The notes below the pieces were generated by a model. That model was not told the DNA's origin and made no database searches. It saw only the letters and a list, made by a program, of their open reading frames with translations. From positions 5,332,001-5,396,000 of the forward strand of contig CM120642.1 of assembly GCA_051362555.1 (NCBI GenBank): a stretch of 64,000 nucleotides of DNA, in the 5' to 3' direction. Every line of letters starts with the position of its first letter. Positions within the stretch are counted from its first letter, which is position 1. Positions 1 to 11,585 of this stretch are shown here, piece by piece. A program made the translations under genes and the position numbers. This stretch comes from Lingula anatina (Eukaryota; Animalia; Brachiopoda).

Positions 1-112
1 GCTGAAATAGTAGTTAAATAAAAATATTTCACCATGTTCTTGTTCTGTGTAATAGCTCTTTTCCAGCTGCAGTAAATTTGAATGTCATTGATATTTTCAA
101 TTCCTGTCCTAG

Positions 113-222
113 CTATCTATTTACTGTATGCCAAACTGGAGGAGGATCACGGGCTTGCGAGACACGCCATGTCTGTGTATGATAGAGCGACTAAAGGAGT
201 GTTACCAGAGGAGCAGTATGAG
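113..222 (+). CDS. XAB2: XAB2/SYF1 pre-mRNA splicing factor, internal exon (gene begins upstream of window)
   Basis: ctag|...|gtgagt; encodes IYLLYAKLEEDHGLARHAMSVYDRATKGVLPEEQYE, recognisable as the SYF1/XAB2 C-terminal HAT repeats. Confidence 0.95.
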
Positions 223-603
223 GTGAGTTTTTAAAGGATAAAATATTCACCTATTTATAGATATAGCTGTGACCAGATGTGGGCAAGATTTTTATTGGGA
301 AGGCAGCTGTAAAAATGTTGCTTCAACACCTTGAATTGTGCATAGTGTTTAACATATAGTCAGATTGTTATGAGGTTATATGTTTGAATGTGACAATGTA
401 TGTGTTCAGTTGTCAGGGCTAGAGTTTATCTAGTCCAGTATTTTTTTTAGCATGAAAAAAACTTGTGGTAGTCCAAAAGTATGCGATTCCTTTTGCCAGT
501 GTAAAAGAAAACCAACCTTTCAAACCAGATTTAAATCTTTAATATTCCATAAATATTTTTGAATTAAAGAAACTGTTTTGCTTCTTGCTTCCTATACCTC
601 TAG

Positions 604-707
604 ATGTTCAACATCTACATCAAGCGAGCTGCAGAGCTGTATGGAGTGACCCACACCAGACCAATCTATGAGAAAGCCATTGAAGTTTTGAATGAAGAAC
701 AGGCCAG
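604..707 (+). CDS. XAB2: XAB2/SYF1 exon
   Basis: tag|...|gtatgt; MFNIYIKRAAELYGVTHTRPIYEKAIEVLNEEQA, in phase with the previous exon. Confidence 0.95.
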
Positions 708-1173
708 GTATGTGGGAAAGTGTTCCCAACAGGTTTTTTACTTGAAGATAATTCTAGAATACAGCTAGAAAAAATATTTCCTCAATCACTGCAAATCACA
801 CTGAGAAAGGTGTTATGGATATTCCACCACATTTTTAACCTCATGATCATTCTAGAAAAAAATTTTTAAAAACGGTGTCCTTTCTGGAAGGATGTGGGGG
901 AATTTTTCATGAGGTTTGAGTTAATTAAAACAAGTGTTCCTCTTTTATGTCCAGTTAATGTAGACTTTATGGCCAATTTTGATTTAATGTTTTAATGATA
1001 AAGATGATAAGAATTTAATGTATTTATTTAATATTATTTATATGTTAATTTGTAAAATCTTTGTTCATAGTTGGATTTTATCTCAATATTTATGATGACA
1101 ACAATTTCAGAACAATTCTGATATGATTTTAATTTGTATCATTCAGTACTGTGAGACACTTTCATCATTACAG

Positions 1174-1273
1174 GAGTATGTGCCTCAAGTTCGCTGATCT
1201 TGAAAGGAAACTGGGAGAAATTGACCGTGCTCGAGCCATCTATGGGCATTGTTCACAGATGTGTGATCCCAGG
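1174..1273 (+). CDS. XAB2: XAB2/SYF1 exon
   Basis: cag|...|gtgggt; [33 protein letters not shown]. Confidence 0.95.
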
Positions 1274-1913
1274 GTGGGTATTTATATTTGAATTGCCATT
1301 GAAATGAATTAAAAAATGGACTGTTGAATAGAATATTGTTTGTCATTGGTTAAATGTTAACCTGAATGTATGTTTAGAATTTTATGAAAATATTAAAATT
1401 TGATGGATAAGTGGTACAGGTTGCCTTTATGGGCATCATCTAAGATGGAAAAATTGGCAGAGGGCCATGGATGACATAATACAAGACTAGAAAAGGATTG
1501 AGAATCCAAGTGAATTTGGGGTTAACTGTTTAAGCAATAAGGGTACAACTTTATATGCCAGGAATGTCTAAAAAAGCAAAACGAAAGTGACACAAAAGTG
1601 GTGAATTCTGCTATTTGCAATTATAGTCTGTGACTGCAATTAGGCAGAACCTAAGAGTGAAACTTAAGTGTTTTGAGTGAAAACAATCTGAAAAGTATCC
1701 GTTTGCTTTTATACATTGCTGCACAGCAACTGCTTATCTGCCATAATAACTACTGACCCACCTCTCCCCCAAACCTCACAAAGTTTTCCTTGATTTTTTC
1801 CTAATTCACAATACTTTGAGAAGTGTTCCTGATAATGACTAAAATTATAGTATCAATGCACAAACAAGCAAACATATTTTCAAAGCCAAACAATTTTGAT
1901 TTTTTCTTTTCAG

Positions 1914-2085
1914 ATTACTGCAGAATTTTGGCAGACGTGGAAAGACTTTGAAATCCAACATGGCAACGAGGACACTGTGCGAGAAATGTTGCGAATCAAA
2001 CGAAGTGTCCAGGCGACGTTCAACACCCAGGTCAATTTTATGTCAGCCCAGATGCTTGCTGCACAGTCCACTAAAGAAGAGGCTG
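1914..2085 (+). CDS. XAB2: XAB2/SYF1 exon
   Basis: ttttcag|...|gtagg; [48 protein letters not shown]. Confidence 0.95.
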
Positions 2086-2734
2086 GTAGGTGGAGAGGAT
2101 TCTCCTGAACCACTGGGCCATTGTGTGACAGTTTCTTAATAATAATAAGAACAGTTCTTTATTTTCAATTCTTCATATGTGCTCACTTTTAGAATTCTGA
2201 TGTGGGTGATGAATGTAATCAAAGATTACCATGCCAATCACAGTGGCACATTCTGGTCCAGATTTTTTGTTTGTTTGTTTGTTTTTTTTGTGTGTGTGTA
2301 AAATGCATATGGCATGTGAGGCAGTCGATAAACCTGTCTAAAATTTCTGATTTGAAGGTAAACTTAAATCATATTCCACAAAACGTTCAGAAGTGACCAG
2401 TAAACTTCAGTTGAGTTCCGCTGTTTTCACAAAATTTTCACTTCTGATTGGCTGAATTTCAGACCCATAGAGGGCCAGGTTTTTCACTGTCAAATTTTCA
2501 TACATACCAGCATGTTAAATGTGAACTTTTAATTTCCTTAATGCAATTATTATTAAATTTCTGGATTAAACGGACTAATTATGATTGTTTAAAAATAAAA
2601 GCTTGCTAAACAAAAAATTATGTACAGCTATCATAGTCTGAACACAGAAGTTCAAATTTATAAAGGGCATATTAGACTTCCTCTGTTAATGCAAATATAC
2701 TTTCAGAATTTATCAAGTTTTTTTTTCTTGTCAG

Positions 2735-2843
2735 CTTCAGAAGAAAAGAATGAGATGGAAAAACTTGAAGAAAGAGCACGTCAGTTGGCTGAAGAAGCAG
2801 TGCGAGACCAACCCAAACCTCAGAAAGGAATATTGTTTGTTAG
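2735..2843 (+). CDS. XAB2: XAB2/SYF1 exon
   Basis: tcag|...|gtac; SEEKNEMEKLEERARQLAEEAVRDQPKPQKGILFVR. An in-frame alternative acceptor exists 6 nt downstream. Confidence 0.88.
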
Positions 2844-3099
2844 GTACACACAAATTAATAAAAGTAGTTTTTAATTTTGTTATGTCGAAGTTTTGTTTTC
2901 CATACTTTATATAATATGTTGCTTCAGTATTGTATAAAACTGTTAAGTTAAGGACATTGTTTCTTATCCTTTTATCCATTTAATGTATCTATTAATGCAA
3001 CAGTACTTGAAAATACGAGTCGAATGAATAAGATTGTACTTATACAGTATGGCACTGAACTGAAGAACCAGTTACATTTTCCTCCCATTTTCACAACAG

Positions 3100-3206
3100 G
3101 AGTAATACAACTGAAGAAGAACTTGGTGAAATGACGAAGACCAACAATCCAGAAGAGATCAACATAGATGAAGACTTTGAAAGTGATGAAGAAGAAACAG
3201 TTGAAG
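3100..3206 (+). CDS. XAB2: XAB2/SYF1 exon
   Basis: aacag|...|gtgcag; SNTTEEELGEMTKTNNPEEINIDEDFESDEEETVE, containing the SYF1 NPEEI motif. Confidence 0.9.
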
Positions 3207-3523
3207 GTGCAGTTTTTTCACTTACTTTTCAGTACTTTAAATAGTATTTTTAAGTACAATATGATAAAAGGCCTGCCCTTTATACCTTGGAAGATCATGA
3301 AAATCAGGATTTTTTGTCAGTTGTACTAATTTACATCTTCTGATTTATGTCATTGGAGTAGGATGTGTCGTAAATGGTTTTTCCTTTTTCTTGTCCTATG
3401 TTTTTATAATTTTGGATGTTTTTTTTTTATTTTTGGTCTTGTATGGGTCTTCACTTTGGTTTAAACTTTATACCTGACAAAAAAGAAATTGATGGATAAC
3501 TAAGTCTTATTTTACCATTTTAG

Positions 3524-3600
3524 AAGTGCACCTGGAGAAACAAGCCATTCCGTCAGCAGTTTTTGGAACATTGGATAAGGATGATGATGATGATGATTAA
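3524..3600 (+). CDS. XAB2: XAB2/SYF1 terminal coding exon
   Basis: tttag|; EVHLEKQAIPSAVFGTLDKDDDDDD* (compare the vertebrate C-terminal VPAAVFG); TAA at 3598-3600. Confidence 0.92.
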
Positions 3601-3664
3601 AACTGGAAAGATGAAAATGACCAAAGATGTGGAAATTATGACTCCCTGGTGGTTCAACTTCTTA

Positions 3665-3667
<3 letters not shown>

Positions 3668-3711
<44 letters not shown>
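3668..3711. repeat. poly(A) run
   Basis: about 44 consecutive A. Confidence 0.9.
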
Positions 3712-3712
<1 letters not shown>

Positions 3713-5788
3713 ACTTATGAAACTTTCACAATAAAATATCACTTAGAATGGACAGCAAAACGAAATTTAACATTGTTTTGTAAGTAATCAGCAAAACAAA
3801 ATTTAATAATGTTTTGTAAAGTGATAAGACTTTAGTGACCACTTCTTGTGTGACTATGAGAATGGACTGAGTATAAAGGTCTGGCCATTAAAAGATGGAG
3901 TTAGAATACTGTCAAAAAATTTTTAAAGAGCATTTTATGGCTGAATGGGCCCTGAGTTTCAGAGGTCCCTGGAGATAAATCCCTCTACCATCAGAATGCA
4001 TTTGAAACAGTACAGGTATGTCGTCTCATATATCCTCTACCATGCCCAGTGATTGATCTTTCACAAGATATTCACAGATGATGTCTTTGGCTAAATATGG
4101 TCAATTTTCTAACTGTGCTGGCTAGTGGAAAATGTGCCTATAATATCTGCTGCCCTGGTAGAGGTTAACTCTCATACAGGCTGATAGTTGGTGAAAGTCT
4201 ATTGATCTCAGAACCTCGGGGTGGATGCAGTGTGACTCAGTTAAGGCTGTTTATTTAAGCTGGTTCATGATTAAAAAAGATGGTCAAAAATCTTTTTACG
4301 GAAATTGATGAAACCAAGGTCACGCTGGGCATCAGTTATCTCAGAGACTGGAGTTCCACTTGGAAAATGTTATTTCCAAACAATGGATCTAAATTTATCT
4401 TTAATGAAGCTGTAAAGATAGAACCTTGCCAGACTTGTGAAATAAATTGCAATGCTATTGAAACAGGAAAAGACTATTCCTGTCCTGTCGTGGAAGCACT
4501 TTCTCTTGGGATCGCTTGAAAAAAAGGAGAGGAAAAAACCACTGAATACTTGCCGGAAACCAAAAAGCATTATAACTTTGTTTTTCCTGAAAAGTGTTCT
4601 GACACCCAAAACTTATCATGGAATTTGGATTTTTCATGTGAACGGTGCCTAAAACTTTCGAAAAATTTTAAAAATCGCAATGTGGAAAGTCAGACCGGAA
4701 TTTTTTTTTTAAGGGTGGCATGCTCCATGTTGGAGTGGTGGAACTGGTTATTTGTAACCAGGGATTTTATGTAGAGGCCTGCCCAAAGAAGGGTTAGGTA
4801 ACAGAACGGGTGTTCTGTGGGAACTGAGTAGATTAAGATTTAAGTTTTTGGCTGTTGTCTTGAGTAGCCAGCCATGATTGAATAGATTGGACAGGTGCTC
4901 ACATTACTTGTAAAAATAGGTGGTATTTTTCCTCATTATTTTTTGGTTGATGTTAATTATTTTTAAAACTAAGGCGAGCTCGTTTAGGGATAGTTTTCCT
5001 GGAATAAATTGTCATATCCAAAGTGAATATATATTGTTTAATGCGATTTAAAAAGAAATTGTACAATGACGTCAGAGACTGGAGAGCAGTTTAAATAACT
5101 TCCATTATCTTGGGATTCTCTGCAAACTTTCTTTGGCCCGCTTGACATGCCTAATGCCCCTATTTCTGTTTTCAAGGTGTGCGACAGTACGCATTTCACA
5201 GTATCATATCCCGGAACAAATTTTGAATTGAGATGCACTACTTTCCAATCCCACTGAGAATTATCACTATCACATCGCGTACTAGGCAAGAGCGATGTCG
5301 CGTCTGATACTTGGAAGCGCGCACTGATACCCACCTTAAAAACGGGTAGTGTGGTCCGATCTACCGGTGAATTCGGGATCATTCGGTGCTGAGTCTGGTA
5401 GTTGGGTAAGCCTGATGGTGGACCCCGCCAACGAAGAGAAGATGTGCAATTCCACCCTGCCGTCTGCCGATGATTCTATTTGAAAGACTCTAAAATACTA
5501 TGATTCTGATATGAAAAGACTTTGATTATAAGACGCTCAACTGCCTGGTTTCCAGAGCTATTTTTCCCCATATTGATAAAGAAAGATATAAATTAAAGGG
5601 TTTTATCTCTGGTTTTCCCCGGGCCTACACTTAAGACATGTAATTATGTATAATTTTCGTAAACTTTTGTAAATATTATATATGTTATTATTTACAGTAA
5701 ATGTCTGTAACACGAGTAATGAAAAAAAGTTTTTATCTGGAAAAAAATGGAAGGAATATGTCGTGCCCGACATAGATATCTTAAATGA

Positions 5789-6352
5789 TGTTACGTGTTG
5801 TGGTCCAATAGTTCTCGAGTAATGTGGCGGCCTCTTTGTATAACGCCGAGGTAAAGAAATTAATTATACAATTATAGGTAGTTAAAGGGCGTATTCCCAT
5901 AGATCTTAGATCGATCTATCCCCGTGGGGAGTCTCACTAGATTACTGTCAGATAATCCGGCTTAAATGTCCGTCCCGCCTACTACAAGGTGTAAGGGGGT
6001 AATTAACTTTGGTGCCCGCTCGGCTGACAGCTATTTAGCGAGAACCCCCAGGGAGTTCGGTCGATCTAGTTTGGATCGATCTAATCTCTGGGAATGGAGT
6101 CAAAGTTTGCGTCATCGAGCATACATGTAGATAAGTAATAAGTATATAAGCGATACCTTGAGAGGGGGAGAGAGAACGAGAGGGGAGAGCGAGAGGAGAC
6201 AGCGAAGAAGGAGGTTGGGAGCGACTGAGTACGGAGCAGACGAGTTGAGTTGGTGACTTCACTTAGAATATGTAGCTATCTACCGAGCGTCAACAAATAA
6301 ATCGTTTAACTGGTCATGGGTTTTCTTCGCGCGACCATACGTAAATCTGACA
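5789..6352 (+). mobile_element. possible solo LTR interrupted by a MITE
   Basis: starts TGTTAC, ends GACA; TATATAAG near 6143, GA-rich tract, AATAAA near 6296; no target-site duplication found. Confidence 0.25.
5887..6101 (+). mobile_element. PIF/Harbinger-like MITE, family M1
   Basis: about 25-bp imperfect TIRs (ATTCCCAkAGAT..TAGATCGATC); 3-bp flanks AAA/AAA; homologous to 6399-6853 and 36598-36809. Confidence 0.8.
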
Positions 6353-6398
6353 CGAACCGTGGAATCTTTGGATTGCGTTATCCACTAAGTAAGTCTAT

Positions 6399-6853
6399 GG
6401 GTGCTTTCCCAGAGATTCAGATCGATCTAGAGATTAAGATTTAGATCGACCTAACTCCCTGGGGCTTCACGCTAAATTGCAGTCAGCCGAGCGGGCACCA
6501 TAGTTAATTACCCCCTTACAGCTTTTAGTAGGCGGGATAGACGCTTAAGCCGGCCAAGCTGACAATAAGGGTGCTTTCCCAGAGATTTAGATCGATCTAA
6601 AGATTAAGTTTTAGATCGACCTAACTCCCTGGGGGTTCACGCTAAATTGCAGTCAGCCGAGCGGGCACCATAGTTAATTACCCTCTTATAGCTTTTAGTA
6701 GGCGGGATAGACGCTTAAGCCGGTCAAGCTGACAGTAATCTAGTGAGACTCCCCACAGGGATAGATCTATCTAAAAATCTATGGAAATGGGGTGTAATCT
6801 AGTGAGACTCCCCACAGGGATAGAACGATCTAAAAATCTATGGAAATGGGGTG
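6399..6853 (-). mobile_element. two nested M1 MITEs (inner copy 6569-6794)
   Basis: the inner full copy is flanked by TAA (6566-6568) and TAA (6795-6797); removing it restores a contiguous outer copy. Confidence 0.85.
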
Positions 6854-6911
6854 TAAAACGTAATGTCCTATTTCGAGCCCACGCTTGAATTAAGTGTTCA
6901 AAATTATATAA

Positions 6912-6974
6912 GGCCACACTTTTTTAATTTTATGGATGACATCCTGCGCGCGCACCGATTTTCGTCCGTTCTCC

Positions 6975-7005
<31 letters not shown>

Positions 7006-7504
7006 CCCCCCAAACCCCTCCCTATCCAGCCCAACCATGTGTTCAGGTTCTCTAAACTGACAGTAAAACTACCAGCAATTCATTAAACACTTGCTTCATT
7101 TTTTTTAAAAATTCTGTGAAGTGTTTACAATGCTTTAATTTTCTGAGAGTACAAATTAAGACACGCTGTTTATTTGATATTTGTTTTATTGGATGCTATA
7201 CCAACAGAATGCATGAAATAACCTTAAATAGATTTGGTAATATGCAGCATATATATTCATGACTTTTTACCTTTCTACGAAATAGGCCCTATTCACAAAG
7301 CTTTAATATTTTGAGAGCATGGATAAAGACATGTTGTTAGTTTGATACGTGTTTCTGTGGTAAATTAGTGTTTCCAGCTGTGTACTGAAAACATAACTTT
7401 TCTTAAGCAGTTTTTTTTTTTGGACTGTTTTTTTTTTTTCGCCCGCTCGCACCGACTTTGGGGTCCCCAGAGGATGTCATCCATAAAAATAAAAAAGTGT
7501 GGCC
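6912..7504. mobile_element. non-autonomous TIR DNA transposon (PIF/Harbinger-like)
   Basis: about 34-bp TIRs GGCCACACTTTTTT..TTTTATGGATGACATCCT; TAA on both sides (6909-6911, 7505-7507). Confidence 0.8.
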
Positions 7505-7794
7505 TAAGTTTAGGACACTCATTCCATATGTATGAAAAGTTTCATTACAACAAGGCCGTATCGTAGGCGGCATTGCAGATTTCCCGCACAGGAATTGTTC
7601 GGTGGACTTGAAGTGGTCGTGGCAAGGGCTGAACCTGTTTTTTGGTCTCTTTCCCTTCCACCTTAGGAGGCATAACAACAATGAAGATGTTTAAAGGTGT
7701 AATGCGCATGCACGAATTTGATAAATGTTACTTTACAATTATGCCATGCATTTGTATCTTCAGTCAGTATGTTTGTGCACTGTCTTTGTGTTTG

Positions 7795-8635
7795 ACATCT
7801 CCAAATTCGGCGTGCTGTAATATTGATGGGACATGTAAAACAGATTCATTTCTGTGCTATGTTTGTGAATGGACGTCTGAGGTCAGCAATTCAGTCCTTA
7901 TCGACGATAGGCGGAGAGGAATTTTACTTGCTGTGTTATGGAATTAATTGGCCTTGTGTAAAATTGTCGTAAAATCGCTATATGACCGATTTTAACTGGT
8001 TTTGATAAGATTTTTTTTTATCTTTATGGTAGACTAGTAAGGCACTCTAAGATCGTTTTATGCGGGTTTTAGGTGTTATTGCCTGGTTTTAAAATCATAT
8101 CGCGATTTAACGACAAGCGTTTTCTAACCAGTCAAGTTGGCAGCCGAGCGAGCACGATGTCTCTTCGAGGTAGGCTGTGTGTCTGAAAGTTGAAATTCGT
8201 GAAGTTGAGACTAAAATAAGGGAAAGTAAAGATTTCTTGCTAATGCAGTTTTAGGGTCGTCTTGGCAGCCTGAGGCTGAGCACGAAAATTCATGCGTTAG
8301 CACTCCTATTGGCGATTCTGATATGTAGGCCCCTACAGTTTGTGCAGAGACAGTACATATCAGAATCGTCAATAGGAGTGCTCACGCATGAATTTTCGTG
8401 CTACCTGAGGCTCGAGCATTGTTCGAAAACGTGACGACAGCTGGTCATCGCGCCGGAAGTTCCATCATTGTGTAATTTGTTTTCTTAAGCGTTCTGTCTG
8501 GTTTTTTTAGCAGTACTTCAGGAGGTTCAAAACTCCAAAGGTTCGAAAATACTTTATATGGGTAAAGCTTACATGACACTACTTACTACATAATACTCCA
8601 GCAATTTGGTGCAGAAAAGAAGGGGGTGAATCATG
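7795..8635 (+). repeat. duplicate of the upstream region of the GT31 gene (paralogue of 17200-17935)
   Basis: long colinear near-identity by eye, e.g. CAGTCAAGTTGGCAGCCGAGCGAGCACGATGTCTCTTCGAGGTAGGCTG and CATCGCGCCGGAAGT in both copies. Confidence 0.9.
8277..8403. mobile_element. hAT-like palindromic MITE
   Basis: about 48-bp inverted arms AGCACGAAAATTCATGCG...; 8-bp TSD CCTGAGGC (8269-8276, 8404-8411); absent from the paralogous site near 17690. Confidence 0.8.
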
Positions 8636-8713
8636 AGTAAAAATGTGCATTAGCTTGGTAGTTGGGTCACAAATGCAAATAATCAAACACAATTAAGCCG
8701 AGGTAAGACACCA

Positions 8714-8935
8714 GAGGCTGTCAACATCAGCCGTCACCAGCCACCCTTAAATAGGGACGGGGGTCGATCTACCTAGCTGACATTAAAGATCTGTAACGGC
8801 CGAGTCTCCTGTTCTACGCGCTTGCCGTGGTTTAATTAAAGGGTCCTGGCCGCTATACCACCGAATGGTCAGTGAGTGTGAACATCTACTCACATCAGTC
8901 TGATGAAGGCCTTCGCCCATGTTGTTGGCCCATTG
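8714..8935 (+). mobile_element. Penelope-like element 3' relic (GIY-YIG C-terminus plus degenerate hammerhead core)
   Basis: EAVNISRHQPPLNRDGGR resembles the PLE endonuclease end (EAIxI...PxLNRDxG); CTGATGAAGGCC...GGCC follows at 8900-8930. Confidence 0.6.
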
Positions 8936-9171
8936 TATTTGTATTTGATCATGCCCGGATGTAGGGTGATAACTTCTGCATTCTTTATTTCGTAAGCCCG
9001 GTGTAATGCGAGGTTAGAGGAGACCGACTTAAACTTCAAGGTGGGAATTTGATTGTGCGTGTGGCATGCACGGGATTTACAAACGAGCGACGGGATGATG
9101 TAGCCTGCAGTATTTGCGGTAAGCGAGCCAAGTTTTAGGTCGCTCCGATGCCTGGCACTATTTTAATTCGA

Positions 9172-10959
9172 TTATTAGTACCACCAGCGTGTACGCTGGC
9201 AGTACTCATGGTTTTAGTCCCGACCCGTCTCGTACAGCTCCGCCGGCTCCGCAGGATGACGTGGGATACAAGTCACCGTTACCGCTCTCCTCCTAGACCG
9301 CAAGGACCTGTGTCCCCATCTCTTGGATTTAGGTCACATATAATCTCAGCTTGAACCCCCTGTTTTTTTTTTTTTTTTTGTCTCATTCGGTGCATTGGCC
9401 TGGGCGTGACGCTTGTTGAAACGCACCCTTGTCAAAATTTTTGAAAATTCAATGCTACATATCTCCTAAACCGAAGGAATTATAGGAAAAATTTCTACAG
9501 TTGGCTGACCGAAAGTCATATGTGGAGATTTCAAATATGCCCTTGGATTTGACCTTTGACCTTTGTTTCAAGGTCAAACGGGCCAAAATTTTCTAAAAAT
9601 GTGAATGTTTTGCGAAAAATAAAAATTATTCCTGCCAATTTTCAGAAACTACACAGATTTTACCAATAATATTATGGGCAGGTGTTACCCTTAAGGTTAT
9701 CTTTCATCTTCGTGCGTTTGGGGTCAATCAGTGCATTTTCACCGGAGTAGCGGCCATAAGTTGCTGAAACTGAAAACTCTCTCTAATTCTGGAACCGTTA
9801 ACGCTAGAGACCTCTTGCTTTTTGCATTTTGTAGAGCTTGACAAGTGCAACACTGAAAGTGGTTTCCATTTTTTGTTTTCGATACGGCTTAGGCGTTGTG
9901 CTATATCAAAAAGTTCAACATCCAATATTCAGTGGTGAAAATAAAATGTGAAATACTCCCAAATTAGCAGAGATATGCCCATAGTTACTATTGAACTTGA
10001 ATAGGAAGTCATATACTGGTAATCTATCTGTGGCCTTGAAATTGACCTTTGACCTACTTTTCATGATGAACTGCACTTTGCATATCTCCAAAACTGGCAA
10101 AGATAGTTACTGTTGAACTTGAATAGGAAGTCATATACTGGTAATCTTACTGTGATTCTGAAATTGACCTTTGACTTTCACCATGAACTGAACTTTGCAA
10201 ATTTTGCAGCCCTTATATAGTAGGCCTATCTCTAAAACTGGTAGAGATACGCCCTTAGCTACTGTTGAACTTGAGTAGGAAGTCATATATTGGGAATCTT
10301 ACTGTGACCTTGAAATTGACCTTTGACCTACTTTTAACCATGAACTGAACTTTAGAAATTTTCTTTCCCTTATATCTCGAAAACTGGCAGAGATACGCCC
10401 ATAGTTACTACTGAACTTAAATAGGAAGTCATATACTAGCAATGTAACTGTGATCTTGAAATTGACCTTTGACCTACTTTTTATGATGAACTTTATTGTG
10501 CATGTTTTCTGGCCTTTATATCTCCAAAACTGGCAAAGAAATACCCATAGTTACTATTAAACTGAACTTTGCATATTTTCTTGCCCCTCTTATATTCAAA
10601 ACTAGCAGAGATATGCCCAGTGTTGCCCCTAGGTTTTTTTTCTTTTGTCAGCATATATGCAACACTGATAACACATTTCAAGGAAAACCGACAGGCCTAT
10701 TGTCTAGAAAATCACAGGAGTGATCAATGTTAGGAAAATACAGGTCAATTGGAAAAACCATTTGATTGGACCATTTTTACAGTTGTTCTTTTTGCATTTA
10801 TGCATATTTTGAGAACTCTTGTTTATTGCATTTTATAGAGCTTGTCAAGCACAAGACTGATAGTGGTGTCCCTTTTTCTTTGGTTTTCCATCCGAATGCG
10901 CTTACTTCAGCTGGTGGTACAATATCCAGAGGCGGTATCGCCTCTCTGATCCTCTAGTT
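9172..10959 (+). mobile_element. Helentron-type non-autonomous element (HINE/DINE-like) family H1, diverged copy A with ~146-bp tandem repeats
   Basis: 5' subTIR/hairpin GTACCACCAGCG..CGCTGGCAGTAC; internal repeats about 9960-10620; 3' subTIR GCTGGTGGTACAA, hairpin GAGGCG-GTAT-CGCCTC, CTAGTT end. Confidence 0.8.
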
Positions 10960-11585
10960 ATCTTTAAATTTCTGGAATCTTGTTTCACAAGCTTACTCTA
11001 TTTTATTGACTCTGTGGGGACTTTACGACACTCTTTAACCACTTTTGAATAGGCTTTTTTGCATTGTATTAGATTAATGTGGAAGTCTTAGGTTGTTCTA
11101 GGTGGTTTTCAAATTTATGCACCCGGTGTCACGTGTACGGTCCGTTCTGCGTGAACCATCCGTCCTGACCGCTTGTACACGCAGCAGACGCGTGTATAAG
11201 CCGTTCCGTGAATGATCCGTTGTTATTCACCTGTACTGTTATATTCGGCTAGTTCATTTCCTACCTCATTATACATTTACTATGATGGGGATAAAATTCA
11301 TGTTTTAGTCGATAATTTTGATAGAGAATCAGCGTCAAATTACAGTTCGACGCATGGATGAACCTACCGTGGACGGACCGTCGTTATTCAGCTGCTGGCT
11401 ACTATTTTAGTATCGATTTTACTAGGCTAGTGTGTTGATATGGCCACCTGAGGGAAATCGCAGAGGTGAACATCTAAAAGATATGAATGCTTCTTAAGAT
11501 TATGTTTGAATTTGCAGTATGTTCTCAACAGCGCATGTTTATTAGGGAATAAGCGTGTATTGATGACTGTATAGAGACGGACTGT

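Noticed and set aside
3668-3711. Poly(A) run after the XAB2 stop as a retrocopy tail
   Set aside because: XAB2 here has introns, and I found no AATAAA just upstream and no TSD; it is a simple homopolymer
9055-9125. GFTNERRDDVACSICG as a BIR or zinc-finger fragment
   Set aside because: Too short, flanked by stops, and lacking splice signals and the remaining ligands
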